NCBI GenBank assembly: GCA_009914755.4
Contig: CP068257.2
Span: 18,112,001-18,176,000, forward strand
DNA: 64,000 nt
Source of the DNA: the human T2T-CHM13v2.0 reference genome, Homo sapiens
Direction: 5' to 3'
Position numbers and translations under genes: made by a program. Shown in pieces: positions 53,796 through 64,000 of this stretch. The notes beneath the pieces were generated by a model. The model was not told the DNA's origin. It saw nothing but the letters and a program-made list of their open reading frames with translations, and searched no databases. Within the stretch, counting starts at the first letter, position 1; each line of letters begins with the position of its first letter.

Positions 53796-56700
53796 CAGAC
53801 ATGCCCCAGTCCTCTCCTGATTTCACAGAAATATCACATAGTTACTTACTCAAGCCTGAAACATAGGAGATAGTCTTGAGAAGTCTACGCCTCTTATAAG
53901 GCAAACCTCTTACAACAGCCTAGCATTTCTAGCAATACTTTTTCCTCAATACCTGACTTCAGGTCAAGCAACGACTATCCCAGATGAGCATCCTTGCCTC
54001 TACTCCTACACCCCTATAATAAACTCTTTTCCATAAAGCCTTTATATGATCTGTAAAATTCAAAAGTCCACATAGCCCAGTGGGTATGCAAGATTTGGAC
54101 TCAGATTGTGTGAGTTCATATTCTGGCTCTGTCATTTATTAGAGATGCAAGTTTTGGAGACAAATTCTTAATTTTTCAAAACCTTCATTTTCTCACCAGG
54201 AAATAATAATGTCTCAATAGATATATTACTCTGGGAAATACTCTGATATGAGTCAAGCACCTGGGCCAATGTTTGGTAAATGATACAACTTTAATAAAAG
54301 TTAATTAGGGGGTAAATTCAAAATGTTTCTTTCTGTACCTTAAATCCCTCCAAACTGCTTACCAAGAGTTTCTTCCATTGATCACATTACCAACCTTAGT
54401 CACATATGTTTTCTTTTGTTCCACAAATATTCAAGGGCTCTTCCTGCCTGAGAACTTTGCTCTTGTAGTCCCCTCTGCCTGGAGCATTCTTCTACCAGAT
54501 CTTTTCATGGCTTACTCTTTTCTTCAGGCCTTACTTCAAATGCTATTTTTTCAAGTGTCTCAGTCTTGATCTCCTTGTCTATTAGTCATATTCCATGAGA
54601 CATTATTATTTTTTCCTGTTTCAGTTTTAGAATAAATCGTATCACCATCTACAGTTGTCAGGCATATCAATTTGGGGCTTGTTTTCTGTCTACATTCTCC
54701 AAGAATCTAAACTCCAAGGGAGCAGAACTTTGTCCATCTTCCTCCATCATTCCCTAGACTATGGAATTGCATGTCACATGGCAGAGGCTCCATAAATATT
54801 TGTTGAAAGAATCCATATACGAAGGAAGAGTTCAGTAAAAAAAAAATGAATGAATGAATGAATTTCATCCACAAGGACCTTGAAATTAATTAGTAATGCC
54901 TTTGTGATTACCATCGGCAGTGCTCTGAGATGACAGTCTGGACATTGCTCCACTCAGAAATTCTGCTACACCCCAGCAGATTGCCTTTCTCAACTCTTTA
55001 AGAGCATGACCATGTTTATATATGATGTGCTGGGTATAATGAGAAATTTTACCACTTTGGGAAAATTTTGTGATAGCAACATTTCTATAAAACTAGAATA
55101 TCTAAACTTTGTAAAAGTAATATTGAAAAAATAGTTCATTTCCCAGTATGTATCCTCTATTGTCTTGATTAACAGGGTTTCAACTAGTGGAAATAATTTT
55201 TAGATGTATTCTGTCTTCAATTTCTGTCTTTCAATTTCTGCTGTTTGCAGAAAAAAAGGCATCTAGTTACTAAGAGGAGAAAATAAAAATTCCAAGGCAA
55301 GTGCATTATGTTGTTGCAAATATTTGTTCTGGTTTATTAGTACAGAAGTCAAATTTCTTGATAAGACCATATACTTTTGTATAGAAAACACTTAAATCAT
55401 TCACTTTGGAAAATGTATACAAATATCAGCTTTTCATTTTACGTGTATATAATGTAAATTTTTCTTCTGCTTATAGTATTTATTTAACTGATAGACTATT
55501 AAGCTATATGTGTTATGTATACACAATATACAATACTTAATGGCCAATTTTAGGTTTGCTTTTTTTTTTTTTTTTGGTCTTCTGTGAGTTACAGAGAATA
55601 TTTTCAGCATACTTAGGAGTTTCCAAAAATGTAAACAAAGAAGAAGATGAATTTTGTTTAAGAAAATTCAAATACCTATTGAATGACTAATCAATTAGCT
55701 TTAGAGAAGGATATGAAACATATGTCCCTTATGATAAGATTGCTTTGCCAGGCTTCTAAAGAACAAGTATTATTCTTCATAATAACTTAAGTACAGAAGT
55801 GCCAGAGAACAGTTCGTACACTAGCAAACTTCCATGTTTACCTTAGTATAATGGCTCTCTATTTTTAAAAGTATTTTATACTGGGCCCCTGTCAGGCACT
55901 TAAGCTTTCAATAGAAATAATTCTCTTCAAAGATATCTTTTTCTGTTGTTTTGTTCTTCGTGCAGTACAATTGACTTGCTTTATTGAGACAAATATGATT
56001 TTAATTGTTTTTGTTACAAAAAATAACAGATTTCTTAGTATTTGGGTGTATAAATTAAAATATGGTCAGATGATCTGATGATATTTTTGAGATATATTTA
56101 TTTACTACATTTCCAGTCTATAAGAACATAAAAGAATTACTGGCTTGCAAGAATAATATTTTGAAGGTATTTTTAGAATTTTAAATTGTTAGAATAATGT
56201 GATGATTCAAAAAAAGGCACTCTATGTTCTCATATAGCAGATATCTCATTAAATAGTTTTATTTGTTGCTTCAAGAATTTTAAATCATAGTTACATTGAA
56301 GTTCTTGATGAAGATAATATGTTTTAAGGCCATATATTACTATATAAAGTAATAAAGTTTATTACTTAAAGTTCTATACTTTTTTATATAGTATTATAAT
56401 AGTATTATATAGTAATATATGGTATATATAGTAATAAATAAGTATAGAGCTTATAGAACAAAGTAATTCTTATGCTATATGTTTATATTTTGAATGCTTG
56501 ATTCAGAACTTGACCCATACTTTGAAAAATTAAGAAATATATTTTTAAGAAATATGATTATCTTAAATTCACATTTCTGTATTGTGACTATTTTTTAAAA
56601 TAACGAACTCGATAGATCCTGCTGTTTAGCTAAAGTGCTGGGTTGGAAAGGATGTCTCATCTTTTTACTTACAAATGTCAGAATTAGTGTGGGTGATTGT

Positions 56701-59700
56701 AGTAATCATTGAAAATCTTATGTAAAAGAAGCCATCATTTTCTATTGAAATAAATAAGTAACATGGGTATCATTTTGGTATGTTTTTTCAGCCATGACTA
56801 ATCATAGCTAATTTATAAATTTATATCATTTTAATCATTTCAGTACTAGAGTGAAGAATATGTTTTGTAAAGGTTAAACATAAGAAAATTAGTAAAGTTG
56901 ATAAGTGTATTTATCTAAATGTATTACTTTTAATTGTAGTATATTAGTAATTTTAGTAATTATAGTATATTAATGGACTTATTTAATTACTTATTACCCC
57001 TAACAGAGTAATTATAGTAAGTATAACAGAAAAAATTGAAAGTAATGACCAGCAACACTAGTTGCTCTGTAAAAAATTGCCTATATTAAGCATTTTAATT
57101 CTCACAAAAATCTTGTGAGATAAGTTCATTATTGTACCACGTATACATGAGGACAGTATTAATAAGTAACTTATCAAAGATGATATTGCTTACATTTTAA
57201 TATAATTGGGATGTGATCACAGCCCTCAATATATATCAGATATAAGTATATAATATGTGATATACCTGCATGTTTTAAAATCCGACATATGTTTGTATTT
57301 ATTTTATACATACATGCTCTTCTAATATTTTCTATATGTACATACATTTTTGGCAAATATAAACATACACATATACACTTAAAAACAAAGAGAAGATAAT
57401 TTTTATATTTTACATATTTTACAAAAATATATTTGTCACTCTATGATTGAAGGTAGAATGCAACAGATACAAGCTTTAAGTTAAATTGCAAATAAACCAC
57501 AACTTATTGTTATTCACCAATCTAACAATTAGCTTGTTGAATAATTTAAAATTATAGTTGGCCATAACAATGCTAGCTAGTCTTAAATAAATGGCTTGAA
57601 AACATACATGGTTCCAGATATTACAATAGGAAATCTGGTGCTACATTTCATAGATCATCCAGTAGAGGATTCAAACTGCTGTCTTTTTCGTTGTTGTTCT
57701 CTAAGAAGACTGGCAAACGAACTGCATATCAGGGCCTAAAACTGAAATTTCTTGTTCATATTTCAATTCCTTGTATTAAATTACATAATAAGGATAATTG
57801 TTAGTGATAGCTAGGAGAATGCAACAGATATTTCTTGTTCTTTAAATACTTCATAAACACACATGTTTCTATTACTTTTTTTCTATTTTGGAGTTTACAT
57901 TTGCTATTAATGCTTTACTTTCTGTTGAGATCTCTTAAAAAGTAAATTCAATGGAACAATTTCTGGGACATACATATGCTACTAAAGTTCACTGAATATC
58001 TGAATCTACTAATAACTAGGGATAAAACTGAAAACATGTTATCAGAGAATAAATGTGAAAATGCAAGACCTACATTTTAATACTTCATTCTTTCCAACTT
58101 TCAAGTCATGGCTAAATCTTATTTAATATAAATTGATACAGAGCAAAGAAAATCAATTAAGTGTTACATTTTACTTTATGAAAAGACAAAACTTTGATAT
58201 CAAATATTATCATTTACCATAAAATTAAATATAGACTACTTAACCAAATATTAAAAAACAAAGAATATCACACACAATAGAGTTTATGATAGTAATATAA
58301 ATATGATGGGGTTATTAATATATTAATATGTTATAATATGAGTGAATTTGATGATATATTTATATATTGCCCACATTCTTAGAAAATTAGGATGAAAATA
58401 AATTCTTCAAAGGTAAAATGTAATTATATAAAGCAAGCAGCTTACATCACATTTACTATAAAAATGATAGAATGGCCTCTCCCAATAAGTTTTTGTGGAA
58501 TGCAATTTGTCCAAAAAATTAATAAATTATCACAAATAAATTATCAATTACATACTAATACTGATTTTATTTTATTTTCCTTTTTTCAAAATAAACTTGA
58601 TAAACTTTTTTGATAAACTTCTCCATGATAAATATGCAGGGCTTAAAACTAAAATTACTTCTTTATCTCTATTCTGTTTCTAATTTCTGTTTTTAACTAC
58701 ATAATTTATCGAAGTTTGTTAGAGAAATTCCAAATGAATAGAGCAACAGTGGAAATTGCATGGGTGAAGTGAGACAGACATCCCCCATGTATTACTCCAA
58801 AACAGTAAATATCCCTGACTGTGCCCCCAAAATAAAGGAACTTCATAACCCTAGACTCCCAACAAACTTGTGTGTTTTAACTTAGAGTTTTCACAAAAAG
58901 TAATTAATTATAAGGAAATAATTCATAGGCTTCTATCTGAACTTCAAAAATAATAATTTAACATAAACATAATATTTTAAAATATATATCTCATGATTAT
59001 ATAATAACATATTCTTCCATTAACATCCTCCTTTAGAGTTGTTATGAGCTTGTTTGTTTCCTCTGTAACAAAAGTTCCATCCCTGCTCCTGGGATAACCA
59101 GAGAAACACATGTTTTGGAGAACCAAAGCTACCTATTTGAAAGACAAATGCATAGCACAACACCAGGCGAGGACACAGGCTGCATTGCAGGTTCTAACAG
59201 CTCACCCCACCAAGCTCGGTGGGGCAGTTCACAAGCAGCCATGGCACTGCTGGTGCCTTGCATTGGCATACATTTGCCTCTCTCCCGTGGCTTATGTTCA
59301 CATCCTGCTCCTTAACTGTGCTCATGATGGATATTGCTCAATACTTCCGGGACTGAGTGTACTCCTGATTTTAGTACTTTTTGAAATCATTCACTTAGTG
59401 TCAATAAAATATAACTTTACTTTGTAATATTTATATTATAGAAAAAAGTACAGGTGAAACTACATGATTTAGTGAAAATGATATAACTTAGAAGCAATTG
59501 AAAAACTTTATTATTCTAGCAATATAAATTTTTTAAAAAGCTCCCTGTTTTATATTCTAGAAAATGCAGTTTCCTAGAGTGTTTTTAATCTGGATTTTGA
59601 AGGGCATTGGTGACAATGAATGTCTATATCTATTAGGATTCAAACTATTATTTGTTCTAATTAACCTGAGGTTTCCTGTCATATGGTGTGCTTTCTCAGA

Positions 59701-60913
59701 GGAAAAAAATTTGTACATTGTCTTCTGGAAGAGAAATGTGCTCAAAGATATCGTATTTTCCCAAGCAAACATTAAGAAAAGTCTTAACAATAATTACAGG
59801 GAATGGTAAACACAACTACATGGATAGTGCTGTCAAAGTCACAAATTCATTCATTAATAAGTACTCTGGAAGTTACATTGCTCCTGTAAGAAAGCAAAAC
59901 AAGATTTTATTAAAAATTAGAAAACTTTGGTTAAAGAAAAGAGAAGCATCATTTTTTTCTCATCAAAATATAACTAAATTCTTTGAGTTTGACAATTGTA
60001 AAGTATTCTGTAAAGTTTTGTAGGTTTTATGTTATTTAGATATAATATCTGAATATAATTTTAATTGTTTATACATTATTTAAACCTTAAAAACAATGTC
60101 AATGTAAACATTATTCATGGATCACAGAACTAAAAGAGCTCAATCTTGTTGGAAAACTCACTTATTTTCAGTTGTTGGCTTATCTTTATATCACTTTTTA
60201 CAAATAAATAAGTTTTAGTATGATCCATTATTAATTTTTTCAAGATCTTTTCTTAATTGTCTGACTGATTTGAAAAGAAGATACCCATAAATTAGCATTG
60301 CCTGCTTGATGAAACATAAGAGTGATCTTAAATGTTGCTTAAGGTACTGATGTAATTTCCAGACTTTTTCAAGATAACCAGATGTATTTGTACAAAAGGA
60401 TAATAAATCTCTCCACTTTCATTACTGAGAAAGAGATTGCTGAAGCTGTTCTAGTATGTTAGCTGATTTCGCATAGTTAAATGGTGGAATAATTTTATTA
60501 CTATGTCACCTTTTCCTAGAAAGGTGTATCATTGTATTTTAAAGCTCAAGTAACATTCAGATTGTAAAAAGGGTTACTTGTCTTCCAAAATAATGAAAGC
60601 GTAAATTCTGTTTTTCAGCATGGAAAAAAGTTTAATATTAGGCAGCAGGCATCTGTTAAACAAAATGTACTTTTATGCAATTTTACAAATGTGCTAGGCA
60701 GGACAAAAATAAAATTAGTATGCCAGAACTGTTCATGTTACCTTTCTGCCACTAACATAGGCAGAATACCTACGAAGGTATATTTAATGTTGAACCAACA
60801 ATTACTCTCTTGACTTTCTTATGCAATTCCCACTTCTATGGAAAAACCTTTCCTCCTTCATATTGACTTTTGATTTTCTCCTTTTATCGCCTGCTACTCT
60901 TTAAAAATGCTAG

Positions 60914-64000
<3,087 letters not shown>

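Overview
The window reads as primate (human-type) nuclear DNA from an AT-rich, gene-poor region, roughly 35% GC by eye. I found no convincing protein-coding exon, rRNA, tRNA or CRISPR array. Almost everything I can support is interspersed repeat or its debris. There are about a dozen Alu SINEs, several with clear target-site duplications (TSDs), and at least seven L1 pieces. The L1 pieces include a twin-primed (5'-inverted) L1 with a 16-bp TSD, an L1PA 3' end with a nested Alu, and a 3-kb 5'-truncated L1PA running off the right edge with broken ORF2 endonuclease/reverse-transcriptase (EN/RT) segments. Several MaLR LTRs of MLT1 type are present, plus one structurally complete THE1-class MaLR element with two LTRs, a ~1.6-kb internal region and a 5-bp TSD. 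Mono- to tetranucleotide microsatellites are common. The one gene-derived feature is an intronless, 5'-truncated processed pseudogene of C1QBP (mitochondrial p32/gC1qR) on the minus strand, carrying frameshifts and stops. Nearly every ORF of 60-180 aa in the supplied track is explained by Alu, L1, MaLR, microsatellite or pseudogene-antisense sequence. I see no evidence of a novel biological system here. The findings worth a second look are retrotransposition-architecture details and an unexpectedly CpG-dense pseudogene 5' end. Repeat family names come from memory of consensus sequences, not from a search, and should be confirmed with RepeatMasker/Dfam.
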